Below are positions 1-10,595 of a stretch of DNA of 64,000 nucleotides, in pieces (position 1 is the first letter of the stretch; every line of letters starts with the position of its first letter). This stretch comes from an uncultured Eubacterium sp. GTDB taxonomy: Bacteria; Bacillota; Clostridia; Lachnospirales; Lachnospiraceae. The DNA lies in the NCBI GenBank assembly GCA_905235555.1, contig CAJOMD010000002.1:2408-66407 (forward strand), in the 5' to 3' direction. Both the position numbers and the translations under genes were made by a program. Under the pieces are notes generated by a model, which did no database searches, was not told where the DNA came from, and saw only the letters and a program-made list of their open reading frames with translations.

Positions 1-163
1 CTGAGATCATTTTCTTGTAAGAACCCAATTCTCCGCCAACAATACTCTTTAGTCCTGCACCAATATCTTTAAATGCGTTCTTTGACTGAACAGTATTACC
101 ATTAACCAATGCGATTATTTCATAATCTTTGCCTGGTACTTCATAAGCTGTTGTTAAAATCAT
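1..163 (-). CDS. YbjQ/UPF0145 family protein, N-terminal part (gene runs off the window edge)
   Basis: Own translation from ATG at 163..161: MILTTAYEVPGKDYEIIALVNGNTVQSKNAFKDIGAGLKSIVGGELGSYKKMIS. AGGAGG SD lies 7 nt upstream. Absent from the ORF track because it is truncated. Confidence 0.7.
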   Translation of the reverse strand, partial: MILTTAYEVPGKDYEIIALVNGNTVQSKNAFKDIGAGLKSIVGGELGSYKKMIS

Positions 164-196
164 GTCAGTTCCTCCTATTTAAATTTAATATTTTAA

Positions 197-213
197 CTGT
201 GACTTTATCACAG
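197..213 (-). terminator. Weak hairpin downstream of alaS
   Basis: ctgtga-cttta-tcacag, a 6-bp stem just past the alaS stop. The T-tract is poor. Confidence 0.3.
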
Positions 214-221
214 TATAAAAT

Positions 222-2861
222 CTATTTGATTTGACCTTCTAATACATCAGATGCTTTATCTACTACATCATCAGCACCAGATGGATTTTTACCGCCGGCC
301 TGAGCCATATTTGGACGACCACCGCCGCCACCACCTATAAGGCTCGCAAGTTCTTTAATCATATTTCCAGCATGGGCTCCTTTGTCTATAGCATCATCTG
401 TAGCAGTAATAACCATATTAGCTTTATCAGCCATAGATGAAACTAAGACAATTACGCCTTCGCCCAATTGTTCTTTCAATGAATCGCTTAAGTTTCTTAG
501 TTCGTTCATATCAATGTTATCAAGCTTTTTAGCAAGTAACTTAACACCTGATACTTCTACCACATCTGACAATGCATCACCCAATGAATCAGAAGCCATC
601 TTAGCCTTTAACTTATCATTCTCACTTTCTACTTGTTTAATTTCATCATTCAAAGAAGCAATCTTTGCAACCAAATCATTTGTAGTAGTCTTCGCTGCCT
701 TGGCTGCCTCATTTAAAGTATTTTCAAGATCTTTGTAGTAATTCATAAGGCCTGTAGATGTAAGAGCTTCAATCCTTCTAACACCTGATGCTATACCAGT
801 CTCGGATACAATTTTAAATGACGAAATAATATTGGTATTTTGAACATGAGTACCTCCACAAAGTTCAATAGAGAAATCTCCCATAGAAACAACACGAACT
901 GTCTCGCCATACTTTTCACCAAACAAAGCTGTGGCACCAGTCTCTTTTGCTTCCTTCATACTCATCTCTGTAGTGATTACATCAAGTCCTCTAACAATTT
1001 CTTCATTTACAATTTTTTCAACCTTTGCAATTTCCTCAGGGGTCATTGCTTGATAATGGTTAAAGTCAAAACGAAGTCTATTTCCATCCACATAAGAACC
1101 AGCTTGCTCCACATGATCACCCAAAATTAGTTTGAGAGCTTTTTGAAGTAAATGTGTAGCACTGTGATTTTTAGCTGTTGAATTTCTATTAATATCATCA
1201 ACTTTTAGTTTAGCGTAATCACCCACTTTAATAGTTCCTGATATCACTTTGCCCACATGACCAGTTTTATTTCCTGGAAGTTTGATAGCCTCAGTCACTT
1301 CAAACTCACCATTTTCAGTACTAATTAAACCTTTATCACCTTTTTGACCACCCATAGTAGCATAAAAAGGTGTTTCTTTTACCACAATAGTTCCCATTTC
1401 GCCTTCAGTTAGTTCGTATACTACATCAGTTTCTGAAGTGAGAGCTGTCACTTTAGATTCATTCTCAAGTAGTTCATATCCAACAAACTTAGAAGACAAA
1501 GAAGTATCTAACTTTTCATATACAGTGGCATCTGCACCCATATAGTTAGTTTCTTTTCTGGCCTGCCTTGCAGTTTCTCTTTGAACTTCCATTGCCTCGT
1601 TAAAGCCATCAATATCTACTTTGTATCCTTTTTCTTCCACAATTTCAATTGTAAGTTCTAGTGGGAATCCGTATGTATCGTAAAGCATAAATGCATCTTT
1701 GCCGCGAACTGTATCTTTTTTATTTTTCTCAATTTTATCGCAAAGTTCATTTAATTTTTGAAGACCCATATCAATAGTTTTATTGAATTTAGATTCTTCC
1801 TCTTTTAAAACATTAAAAATCATGCTCTTTTTGTCTTCAAGCTCTGGATATCCTACCTTTGATGATTTGATAACTGTTTCTGCCAAAGGTATCAAAAATT
1901 CTTCATTAATTCCAAGTAATTTAGCATGTCGACAAGCACGTCTGATAAGACGTCTAAGAACATATCCCCTTCCTTCATTAGACGGAATTATACCATCCGA
2001 AATCATAAAGGTGGCAGAACGAATATGATCTGTAATTATTCTAATAGATACATCCCAATCATGATTTACTTTATATTCTTTGCCAGATATTTTAGATACA
2101 TGTTTCCTGATTGCCCTAATAGTATCTATATCAAAAATAGATTCTACATCCTGTACTGCTGTAGCTAGTCTCTCTAAGCCCATACCAGTATCAATATTTT
2201 TTTTATCTAGCGTGGAGTAATTTCCTTTTCCGTCACCTTCAAATTGTGTAAATACGTTGTTCCAAACTTCAATATATCTGTCACAATCACAACCTACAGT
2301 ACAGTCAGGTTTTCCACAGCTATATTTTTCGCCACGATCATAGTAAACTTCAGAGCAAGGACCACATGGACCTGCACCATGTTCCCAAAAATTATCTTTT
2401 TTACCAAACTTAAAAATTCTATCTTCAGAGATTCCTATTTCGTCTCTCCAAATAGCAAATGCTTCGTCATCTTCTTCATACACTGATGGATATAGTCTAT
2501 CTTTATCAAAACCTATCACTTCAGTTAAGAATTCCCAACTCCAGTTAATAGCTTCTGTCTTAAAGTAATCCCCAAAAGAAAAGTTTCCAAGCATCTCAAA
2601 GAAAGTACCATGTCTATCTGTGATACCAATGTTTTCAATATCACCAGTTCTGATACATTTCTGACATGATGCCATTCTTGTGCTAGGTGGAATCTCTTTT
2701 CCTGTAAAGTAAGGCTTAAGAGGTGCCATACCAGCGTTTATAAGTAGCAAACTGTTATCATTCTCAGGAACTAGAGAATAACTCTTAACTACCATATGGT
2801 TCTTAGACTTGAAGAAATCCAAAAACATTTGTCTTAATTCATTTAGTCCATATTTTTTCAT
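222..2861 (-). CDS. alaS: Alanine--tRNA ligase
   Basis: 883-aa ORF with a class II AlaRS core, editing-domain HSATHLL, and a C-terminal GGGGGGRPNMAQAGG (DHHA1) region. Start moved to ATG 2861 (MKKYGLNELR), which has GGAG 6 nt upstream. Confidence 0.96.
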   Translation of the reverse strand: MKKYGLNELRQMFLDFFKSKNHMVVKSYSLVPENDNSLLLINAGMAPLKPYFTGKEIPPSTRMASCQKCIRTGDIENIGITDRHGTFFEMLGNFSFGDYFKTEAINWSWEFLTEVIGFDKDRLYPSVYEEDDEAFAIWRDEIGISEDRIFKFGKKDNFWEHGAGPCGPCSEVYYDRGEKYSCGKPDCTVGCDCDRYIEVWNNVFTQFEGDGKGNYSTLDKKNIDTGMGLERLATAVQDVESIFDIDTIRAIRKHVSKISGKEYKVNHDWDVSIRIITDHIRSATFMISDGIIPSNEGRGYVLRRLIRRACRHAKLLGINEEFLIPLAETVIKSSKVGYPELEDKKSMIFNVLKEEESKFNKTIDMGLQKLNELCDKIEKNKKDTVRGKDAFMLYDTYGFPLELTIEIVEEKGYKVDIDGFNEAMEVQRETARQARKETNYMGADATVYEKLDTSLSSKFVGYELLENESKVTALTSETDVVYELTEGEMGTIVVKETPFYATMGGQKGDKGLISTENGEFEVTEAIKLPGNKTGHVGKVISGTIKVGDYAKLKVDDINRNSTAKNHSATHLLQKALKLILGDHVEQAGSYVDGNRLRFDFNHYQAMTPEEIAKVEKIVNEEIVRGLDVITTEMSMKEAKETGATALFGEKYGETVRVVSMGDFSIELCGGTHVQNTNIISSFKIVSETGIASGVRRIEALTSTGLMNYYKDLENTLNEAAKAAKTTTNDLVAKIASLNDEIKQVESENDKLKAKMASDSLGDALSDVVEVSGVKLLAKKLDNIDMNELRNLSDSLKEQLGEGVIVLVSSMADKANMVITATDDAIDKGAHAGNMIKELASLIGGGGGGRPNMAQAGGKNPSGADDVVDKASDVLEGQIK

Positions 2862-2875
2862 AATAAACTCCATTA

Positions 2876-4102
2876 TTAATCTGCTTTAATCTGATGGAAT
2901 ACTTTCTTACCTTTCTTAATTAGAATAACTCCATCTTCGTTATAATCATCTGTAGTGAATGTGGCATCAATTTCAGTAACTTTCTCTCCGTTTACTGATA
3001 CACCATTTTGTTGAACCAGTCTTCTTCCTTCACCTCTTGATTTAGCGATTTCTGTATCAACTAAAAGAGTAAGAATATCTTTTCCTTCATCTAACTCTGC
3101 TTTAGGGTATGTAGTAGTTGGAATATCACCAGAAATACCACCGTTTCCAAACATAGCCTTCGCAGCAGCATCAGCTTTCTTTGCTTCCTCTTCGCCATGT
3201 ACTAGATTTGTAAGTTCGAATGCCAAAATTTCTTTAGCTTTATTAAGGTCGCTACCTTCCCAAGACTCCATTTCTTTGATTTTGTCTAAAGGAAGGAATG
3301 TTAACATCTTAAGACATTTAATTACATCCGCATCATCTACATTTCTCCAGTACTGGTAAAAATCATATGGAGATGTCTTTTCAGGATCTAGCCAAACAGC
3401 ACCTGATACTGTTTTACCCATCTTCTTTCCTTCTGAATTTAGAAGTAAAGTGATAGTCATAGCTGAAGCGTCTTCTCCCAACTTTCTTCTAATAAGTTCA
3501 GTACCACCAAGCATATTACTCCACTGATCATCTCCGCCAAACTGTAGATTGCATCCATAATCCTGGAAAAGTTTATAAAAGTCATAACTTTGCATAATCA
3601 TGTAGTTAAACTCTAAGAAGCTCAAGCCCTTTTCCATTCTCTGCTTATAGCACTCAGCACGTAGCATATTATTAACAGAGAAATGTGGGCCCACTTCTCT
3701 TAAAAACTCAACATAATTTAAATCTAAAAGCCAATCAGCATTGTTAACTAGAAGAGCTTTATCATCTTTAAAATCAATAAATCTGCTCATTTGTTTCTTA
3801 AACGCTGCGACATTATTATCAATAGTTTCTTTAGTCATCATTTGGCGCATATCAGTTTTTCCAGTTGGATCTCCCACCAACGCTGTACCACCACCAATCA
3901 ATGCAATAGGCTTATTTCCAGCCATTTGAAGCCTTTTCATAAGGCAAAGCGCCATAAAATGACCTACATGTAAACTGTCAGCTGTAGGGTCAAATCCTAT
4001 ATAAAAAGTAGCCTCACCATTATTAATTAAATTTGCCACTTTTTGCTCGTCTGTAACTTGAGCAATTAAACCTCTTTCTTGTAATTCTTCATATGTATTC
4101 AT
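2876..4102 (-). CDS. tyrS: Tyrosine--tRNA ligase
   Basis: HIGH motif (LHVGHFMAL), KMSKS-like KMGKT, and a C-terminal S4-like domain. Start trimmed to MNTYEELQERG (ATG 4102), which has GGAGA SD 5 nt upstream. Confidence 0.95.
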   Translation of the reverse strand: MNTYEELQERGLIAQVTDEQKVANLINNGEATFYIGFDPTADSLHVGHFMALCLMKRLQMAGNKPIALIGGGTALVGDPTGKTDMRQMMTKETIDNNVAAFKKQMSRFIDFKDDKALLVNNADWLLDLNYVEFLREVGPHFSVNNMLRAECYKQRMEKGLSFLEFNYMIMQSYDFYKLFQDYGCNLQFGGDDQWSNMLGGTELIRRKLGEDASAMTITLLLNSEGKKMGKTVSGAVWLDPEKTSPYDFYQYWRNVDDADVIKCLKMLTFLPLDKIKEMESWEGSDLNKAKEILAFELTNLVHGEEEAKKADAAAKAMFGNGGISGDIPTTTYPKAELDEGKDILTLLVDTEIAKSRGEGRRLVQQNGVSVNGEKVTEIDATFTTDDYNEDGVILIKKGKKVFHQIKAD

Positions 4103-4166
4103 AGTATCTCCATTCCATTTAAGAATATAATTTACAAGTAATGCTTTAACTCGCATTCAATGTAAA

Positions 4167-4195
4167 ATTATAACAAAACAAGTCTCTATTTACAA
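4167..4195 (-). promoter_or_regulatory. Sigma-A type promoter candidate for tyrS-alaS
   Basis: Minus-strand TTGTAA, 17 nt spacer, TATAAT. It lies about 60 nt upstream of the tyrS ATG. Confidence 0.6.
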
Positions 4196-4204
4196 GTTAG
4201 CAAA

Positions 4205-4243
4205 AACAATAAAAAACCCCTATTCTCTAAGGGAATAGAGGTT
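4205..4243 (-). terminator. Rho-independent terminator after cls
   Basis: Minus-strand CCTCTATTCCCTTAGAGAATAGGGG hairpin (one mismatch) followed by TTTTTTATTGTTTTTG. Confidence 0.7.
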
Positions 4244-4250
4244 TTTATAA

Positions 4251-5825
4251 TTAAAGCATTGGTGCGATTAGCCTCATCACTTTTCCTAGTACTTTATAAT
4301 ACAGCGGTCTGTTTTTACATCCCATCAAAGTGACTTTACTACACTGTTCTAAAGTCTCTTGGAAATCTTTTTCCATATCATGTATACAGTCACATTTATA
4401 CATAAAACAACCATTTTCAAAATGCAAATATAAGCTTCGATAATCAAGATTGTAAGTACCACAAGTGGCTACTTCATCGTCTGCCACAAAGGACTTGGCA
4501 TGAGTAAAACCAGGTGCGTATTCATAAATCTCTACACCCCATCTAATCAATTCTTTATAATAGGTTCTCGCCAAACAATACGCATATTTTTTATCAGGAA
4601 TTCCAGGCATAATAATCTTAACATCTACCCCTCTTTTTGCTGCAAACTTAAGTGCATTAAGCATTATATTATCTAACACCAAGTATGGTGTAATTATATG
4701 TACATATCTTGTTGCATTATTAATAATATCTAGATAAACAGAATGACCTACTTGATAATGATTAAAAGGATTATCTGCGTAAGCAAACACATATCCATTA
4801 TCTTGATAAATTGGAGGTATATCTACATTCAAATATCTATCAAAATTTTGAATAGTATTTTCTGAAACGTTCCACATATTTAAGAAAAGTAATGTGAAAC
4901 TTCTAGCAGTATCACCTTCCACCATCACAGCAGTATCTTTCCAGTATCCATAGTATTCCTTTACGTTCATATACTCATCAGATAAATTAATACCGCCAGT
5001 AAAAGCAACCTTACCATCCACTACTAGTATCTTTCGGTGATCTCTATTATTTTGGTTAGTAGTAATAAAAGGTCTAGCAGGCGCAAATACTTTTGACTTT
5101 ATACCTTTTTTTTGAAGTTTTTTAAAATATCCAATATCAAGTTTAGAGAATGAGCAAAGTCCATCGTACATAACTCGGACTTCTACACCTTGTTGTACTT
5201 TCTTTTCCAAAATTCTAAGAATAGAATCCCAAACTTTACCACGACCAATAATAAAGTACTCCATAAAAATGAAGTCCTGTGCTTCTTCTAATTTTTCAAT
5301 TAAAACTTTGTACTTTTCTTCACCGCTTTTAAAATACGTTACATTAGTATTTCTATTTACTGGCAAATCATTACTTTTATAAATAAACTTGGCCAAAGAT
5401 GCAATATTTTTGTTCTGCAAAAATAGTTCATTCAGCATTCTTTCATCTTGAACTAAATAACGCTCAGATTTTACACTAATTCTCTTCAATTTCTTCTTGA
5501 GCGAATGTGAAGCTGGTTGGAATCTAAAATATAAATACATTAATGTTCCAAAAGTAGGAACAACAAGCATTAGCATAACCCAACAAATTTTCATGGTTGG
5601 ATCTGAATCATCATTTACAATATAAATAATTACAATAATAGTAATTATTGCAATAATTGCATAAATAATGGATGAGCTAGCAGCATAATATGTGAATATA
5701 ATAAAAACAATAACCTGCAATGCTACCATTGCAAAAAACGCAAAGATTCTACTAAAGATAAATGAACCAATACCATTTTTAGCTCTATTTTCAGGTTTAT
5801 TTATTTTTCTATGTTGTTTTCTCAT
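4251..5825 (-). CDS. cls: Cardiolipin synthase (PLD superfamily)
   Basis: N-terminal TM helices plus two HKD motifs (HRKILVVDG..GGINL and HAKSFVADD..GTYNL). Confidence 0.93.
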   Translation of the reverse strand: MRKQHRKINKPENRAKNGIGSFIFSRIFAFFAMVALQVIVFIIFTYYAASSSIIYAIIAIITIIVIIYIVNDDSDPTMKICWVMLMLVVPTFGTLMYLYFRFQPASHSLKKKLKRISVKSERYLVQDERMLNELFLQNKNIASLAKFIYKSNDLPVNRNTNVTYFKSGEEKYKVLIEKLEEAQDFIFMEYFIIGRGKVWDSILRILEKKVQQGVEVRVMYDGLCSFSKLDIGYFKKLQKKGIKSKVFAPARPFITTNQNNRDHRKILVVDGKVAFTGGINLSDEYMNVKEYYGYWKDTAVMVEGDTARSFTLLFLNMWNVSENTIQNFDRYLNVDIPPIYQDNGYVFAYADNPFNHYQVGHSVYLDIINNATRYVHIITPYLVLDNIMLNALKFAAKRGVDVKIIMPGIPDKKYAYCLARTYYKELIRWGVEIYEYAPGFTHAKSFVADDEVATCGTYNLDYRSLYLHFENGCFMYKCDCIHDMEKDFQETLEQCSKVTLMGCKNRPLYYKVLGKVMRLIAPML

Positions 5826-5828
5826 TTA

Positions 5829-6845
5829 CTACTCGTCTTCCCAATCTAATCCAATAAATTCATTAGTTAACTTTCTATTCATTAAGTAATTCATAGCATC
5901 ATGCGGATCCATACCCTCAAACAGTACTTTATTAACCGCCTTTATAATAGGAGCATCAATATTGTATTTTTGAGTTAATTCATATGCTGCCTTTGCGGAA
6001 ACCGCACCTTCTACTACCATGTTTACTTCTTTAATAGCCTCTTCTAATGTGTAGCCTTTACCAATAAGTACACCTGCTCGTCTATTTCTAGAATGCTTAC
6101 TAGCACATGTAACAATTAAGTCACCCATTCCTGAAAGTCCATAAAACGTTCTTTTATGACCTCCCATAGCATCACCCAGTCTTGTAATCTCACTAATTCC
6201 TCTAGTCATTAGTGCAGCTTCAGTATTATCACCAAAGCCAAGCCCATCTATAACACCTGCGGCCAAAGCTATAACATTTTTTAACGCACCACCCAACTCA
6301 ATACTCTTCATATCCGGGCTTCTATATACTCTGAAGTATTCATTTGCAAATAGATTTTGAACGAACTCTGCTGTTTCTTCATTATTTGAACCTATAACAA
6401 CAGATGTTGGGATCTGTCTGGCAACCTCTTCAGCATGACTCGGTCCAGATAATACAACAGGATCACAATCAGGTAACTCTTCAACAATAATTTCTGTCAT
6501 GGTATTATAAGTGTCATCTTCAATTCCTTTAGCTACATCCACAATAATCTGACCTTTTTTTATTTTTCCCTGCAAAGAGTGTGCAGTTGTTCTAACATAA
6601 GAAGATGCAACTGCCATAATAATGACATCGGTATCTTTCACAGCGGTTTCCAAATCACTAACAACTTTAATCTCGTCTGGAATAATAACTCCTGGTAAAG
6701 AAATCTTATTTTCGCGATCATTAGAAAGCGCCTCCACCTCTTTATCCAGCGCAGACCATATAGTTACGTCATTTTTATTTTCATACAAAACCATTGCTAG
6801 AGCGATGGCCCAACCACCACCACCTAATACAGTAACTTTTGCCAT
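5829..6845 (-). CDS. gpsA: NAD(P)H-dependent glycerol-3-phosphate dehydrogenase
   Basis: VLGGGGWAIALA dinucleotide fold and GALKNVIALAAG motif. 338 aa. Confidence 0.95.
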   Translation of the reverse strand: MAKVTVLGGGGWAIALAMVLYENKNDVTIWSALDKEVEALSNDRENKISLPGVIIPDEIKVVSDLETAVKDTDVIIMAVASSYVRTTAHSLQGKIKKGQIIVDVAKGIEDDTYNTMTEIIVEELPDCDPVVLSGPSHAEEVARQIPTSVVIGSNNEETAEFVQNLFANEYFRVYRSPDMKSIELGGALKNVIALAAGVIDGLGFGDNTEAALMTRGISEITRLGDAMGGHKRTFYGLSGMGDLIVTCASKHSRNRRAGVLIGKGYTLEEAIKEVNMVVEGAVSAKAAYELTQKYNIDAPIIKAVNKVLFEGMDPHDAMNYLMNRKLTNEFIGLDWEDE

Positions 6846-7543
6846 TATTTGTCCTCCTTTTTTTGCCCAATCTTATTTTCTGTTCCATTGACCAAACGTT
6901 TTAGATTATCTCTATGTCTGATAAACATTAAAACCATAATTACAAATATAATTCCATATATTAATAATCTTTCTTTAATACTTGCATTTTTGTCTAATGA
7001 ATAGATCATATTAAGCTGCCCCCAAACTACAAACTCTATAAATATAGAAACTATAAGAACAAGAGAGCCTACTGAAACATATCTTGTAATAATAATTGTA
7101 GTAAAGAAAACAGCAAGTCCAAGCACAGTGAACTTCCAATCACCTGTCAAAAACAAAATAGATAAAATCATACCAGATGTACTTGATACACCTTTACCAC
7201 CTTTAAATCCATTGTAAAACGGAAACATATCACCTAATATTCCACCAAAACCTGTAACAATTATAAAAGCCAGAACGTGTACTCCGTGCGGATAAGGTTG
7301 CCCACTTTTTGCAAATAAAAAGTATGTTATAAAAACAGGAATAATAACTTTTAATGCGTCTCCGACAAATGCCCAAATCCCTACTTTTCTGCCCAAGGCA
7401 CGCATAGTGTTAGTCATTCCTGTATTGCCCGAACCGGTCTTGGACAAATCTACACCTCTAATCTTTGCTAAAACCGGTCCTGTTTTAAACATTCCAAATA
7501 AATATCCAATTACAAAAGAAATAATTAATTGCCAATAAATCAT
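6845..7543 (-). CDS. plsY: Glycerol-3-phosphate acyltransferase PlsY
   Basis: Polytopic membrane protein with the GSGNTGMTN motif. Its start overlaps the der stop (ATGA). Confidence 0.93.
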   Translation of the reverse strand: MIYWQLIISFVIGYLFGMFKTGPVLAKIRGVDLSKTGSGNTGMTNTMRALGRKVGIWAFVGDALKVIIPVFITYFLFAKSGQPYPHGVHVLAFIIVTGFGGILGDMFPFYNGFKGGKGVSSTSGMILSILFLTGDWKFTVLGLAVFFTTIIITRYVSVGSLVLIVSIFIEFVVWGQLNMIYSLDKNASIKERLLIYGIIFVIMVLMFIRHRDNLKRLVNGTENKIGQKKEDK

Positions 7544-8865
7544 CTTTCTTCTTTCCTCTCTCTAATAATAAATCTAAGAGGTGTTCCAGTAAACCCAAAA
7601 GCCTCTCTAATTTTATTTTCAATATATCTTGTATAAGAAAAATGCATCAATTGTTTGTCATTTACAAATATAACAAATGTAGGAGGTTTAACAGAAACTT
7701 GTGTGATGTATAGAAGTTTAAGCCTTCTGCCTTTATCAGAAGGCGGCTGTTGCAAAGCAACTGCCTCTGCCATTATCTGATTCAAAGTGCCAGTCTCAAT
7801 TCTAAGTGAAGCATTTGAGATAACTACATCTATCGCTTCAAATATTTTATTAAGTCTCTGCCCAGTAAGAGCTGAAATAAAGATTACTTCAGCATATGGC
7901 ATAAATGACAATATTTGTTTTATATCATCCTTATATTTGTAAACAGTTTTGTCATTTTTTTCTATAGCATCCCATTTATTAACGGCCACTATTATTCCCT
8001 TACCGTTTTCATGTGCTATACCAGCTATTTTTGCATCCTGTTCAGTGATACCTTCCACAGCATCAATAAGAACTATAACAACATCAGCTCTCTCAACTGC
8101 AGTAACTGCCCTGATAACACTGTATCTCTCAATGTCTTCTTTTACCTTTGATTTTCTACGCATACCTGCAGTATCAATAAAGATATATTCCCTACCTTCA
8201 AATTCTAATTTAGAATCAATGGCATCTCTGGTAGTTCCAGCAATATCAGATACAATTGAACGATTATCACCAGATAATTTATTAATCAAAGATGATTTAC
8301 CAACATTTGGTTTACCAATTATAGCAACCTTTGGTGTCTCTTCATCCTCTTCATCATCATTTATTTCGTCAAAGTAATTAACAACTTGATCTAGCATATC
8401 ACCGAACCCAGCTTTATTGGCAGATGAAATAGGATAGGGATCACCTATACCCAAGTTATAAAACTCATATACATCTGCTTCCATCTTATGGAAGTTGTCT
8501 ACTTTGTTTACAACTAAAACAACAGGCTTTCCGCTTCTTCTTAGCATATCAGCTACTTTGGAATCGGCATCCACCAATCCTTGTTTAATATCAGTCATAA
8601 AAATAATGACATCAGCTGTGTCTATAGCAATTTGAGCTTGCTCACGCATTTGCTTCAAGATGATATCATTACTATCCGGCTCAATACCGCCAGTATCAAT
8701 TAAAGTAAATTGATGTCCTGTCCAGTCGATATTTGCATATATTCTATCCCTAGTAACACCTGGGGTGTCTTTTACGATTGAAATCATTTCGCCAGCCAAA
8801 GCATTAAACAATGTAGATTTTCCAACATTTGGTCTGCCTACTATGGCTACAATCGGCTTACTCAT
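7540..8865 (-). CDS. der: Ribosome biogenesis GTPase Der (EngA)
   Basis: Two tandem G domains (GRPNVGKST and GKPNVGKSS) plus a KH-like C-terminus. GGAG SD present. Confidence 0.96.
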   Translation of the reverse strand: MSKPIVAIVGRPNVGKSTLFNALAGEMISIVKDTPGVTRDRIYANIDWTGHQFTLIDTGGIEPDSNDIILKQMREQAQIAIDTADVIIFMTDIKQGLVDADSKVADMLRRSGKPVVLVVNKVDNFHKMEADVYEFYNLGIGDPYPISSANKAGFGDMLDQVVNYFDEINDDEEDEETPKVAIIGKPNVGKSSLINKLSGDNRSIVSDIAGTTRDAIDSKLEFEGREYIFIDTAGMRRKSKVKEDIERYSVIRAVTAVERADVVIVLIDAVEGITEQDAKIAGIAHENGKGIIVAVNKWDAIEKNDKTVYKYKDDIKQILSFMPYAEVIFISALTGQRLNKIFEAIDVVISNASLRIETGTLNQIMAEAVALQQPPSDKGRRLKLLYITQVSVKPPTFVIFVNDKQLMHFSYTRYIENKIREAFGFTGTPLRFIIRERKEER

Positions 8866-8875
8866 CGTGTTCTCC

Positions 8876-10228
8876 TTATAATTCGTACTTGTTACGTGTG
8901 TCTAAATCGTTAGTATCATCTTCATTTCCTAGTACTTTATCAATAAAATCTTTACCATTAGATTTTACAATAATAGGTTTAGTTTGTAAAACGCATTTTA
9001 GGTCTTCAAGGCTTACATCATCTAGAAAAATATTTTCTCCATACTTAAGTGTATTAGCAGGAATTAATATCTCATCACCTAAATCTTTTCCTTTCAACTG
9101 ATGTATAATATCATCACCCACTAAAAGACCACTAACAGTAATTGTATGTCCAAAGAAATCATTGATTATCTTATATGTCTTAATATCAATATTAGGAAAT
9201 TTTATCTTTAATGCATTAGCCATTTCTAAACTACAGTTATAGAATAACTCCCCTGTTACTACAGAAATGTTTCTAACTCTATCATCTCCATCCAATAAAT
9301 CGAAATAACTATAAAACTCATTCAAATACGACCTGGTCATTCCGACACCATTTTCAATTTGCGGATATCCATCATAATAATCCTCCTCTGGTATAGGTGT
9401 GTCCGACATCATATAGAATTCATCCGCTGCATAAATATAGTTAATGCCAAATTTTTTTTTGAATACTTTTTGCCACTTATCGATTTGAACTATAACCTCT
9501 TTTGCTTCGTCTTTAGTAAATGGTTCAAGTTCCGTCAAGCCATCTCTGTACTTTGTAAGACCTGCTGGAACCACCGAACAGCTCTTCATATTTGGAACGT
9601 AAGGCATCATCTTCTCTAATGTCTCATCTAGTTGTTCTTTGTCGTTATATCCTTTACAAAGAACTATCTGGGCATTCATTGTGATGTCATTTTCATTTAA
9701 TTTATCTATATAGTCTAATTTTTCTCCAGCAAATCTATTGTTAAGCATTTTACATCTCAAATCTTTATCCATAGTGTGAATGGAAATATTGATAGGAGAT
9801 AAATTATATCTAATAATCCTATCTATATCATCATCTGACATATTAGTAAGTGTCACGTAATTTCCTTGGATAAAAGATAATCTAGAATCATCATCCTTGA
9901 AGTAAAGTGTCTCTCTCATACCTGGAGGCATTTGATCAATAAAACAAAATATGCATTTGTTTGTACATGATTTATAATCATCAAGCAAACTATTATCAAA
10001 AATAAAACCTAGGTCTTCATCTACATCTTTTTCAATATCAATATCCCAAATTTTTCCGTTTGAATCCTCAATTTCAACTGTAATTTCAGAAGATTCACTA
10101 AAAAGATGATAATCAAAAACGTCTTTAATTTCATTTCCATCAATCGAAACCAAGTAATCTCCTCCCTTGATTTCTAATTGGTCTGCTATAGAATTTTCAA
10201 CTACATCCTTAATCAAATGTTTTTTCAT
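8876..10228 (-). CDS. PDZ plus radical-SAM-like protein (DUF512 family), function unknown
   Basis: N-terminal PDZ-like segment, CTNKCIFC (CxxxCxxC) cluster motif, and a conserved position directly upstream of der. Confidence 0.8.
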   Translation of the reverse strand: MKKHLIKDVVENSIADQLEIKGGDYLVSIDGNEIKDVFDYHLFSESSEITVEIEDSNGKIWDIDIEKDVDEDLGFIFDNSLLDDYKSCTNKCIFCFIDQMPPGMRETLYFKDDDSRLSFIQGNYVTLTNMSDDDIDRIIRYNLSPINISIHTMDKDLRCKMLNNRFAGEKLDYIDKLNENDITMNAQIVLCKGYNDKEQLDETLEKMMPYVPNMKSCSVVPAGLTKYRDGLTELEPFTKDEAKEVIVQIDKWQKVFKKKFGINYIYAADEFYMMSDTPIPEEDYYDGYPQIENGVGMTRSYLNEFYSYFDLLDGDDRVRNISVVTGELFYNCSLEMANALKIKFPNIDIKTYKIINDFFGHTITVSGLLVGDDIIHQLKGKDLGDEILIPANTLKYGENIFLDDVSLEDLKCVLQTKPIIVKSNGKDFIDKVLGNEDDTNDLDTRNKYEL

Positions 10229-10230
10229 AA

Positions 10231-10578
10231 TTACATTCCACCAAATATGTTTTCTAAATATGTAATTTCTTCATCCTCTATTAAAAGAGCATCTATACTC
10301 AACATCAAATCACTCAAATGATTTATCATTATATAGTATTCAGCTACTTTAAAAATCTTTAGAAGTTTCTTTTGACTTATGGCGTAATGAACTCCACCAG
10401 CCACATTGCCTTTTCTATATTTTATCTCTATAAATCTAATTGATTTTTCTTTCTTGGCAATAACATCAATCTCGCCAATCTTACACTTAAAATTTCTTTC
10501 AAGTATCTCAAAACCATTCTCTTCTAAATAAGAGATGGCTAATTCTTCCTTAAGACTTCCTATCACTCTTGTGTTCAT
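10231..10578 (-). CDS. YraN family (UPF0102) endonuclease-like protein
   Basis: 115 aa with a GEIDVIA...FIEIKYR core typical of YraN. It sits in the conserved position after rnhB. Confidence 0.85.
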   Translation of the reverse strand: MNTRVIGSLKEELAISYLEENGFEILERNFKCKIGEIDVIAKKEKSIRFIEIKYRKGNVAGGVHYAISQKKLLKIFKVAEYYIMINHLSDLMLSIDALLIEDEEITYLENIFGGM

Positions 10579-10595
10579 ACAATCCCCCTTTGTAT

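Noticed and set aside
10231-10578. Small YraN endonuclease-fold gene, considered as a toxin or defence nuclease.
   Set aside because: It occupies the universally conserved rnhB-yraN position and has no partner antitoxin or sensor gene. It is the standard UPF0102 housekeeping protein.
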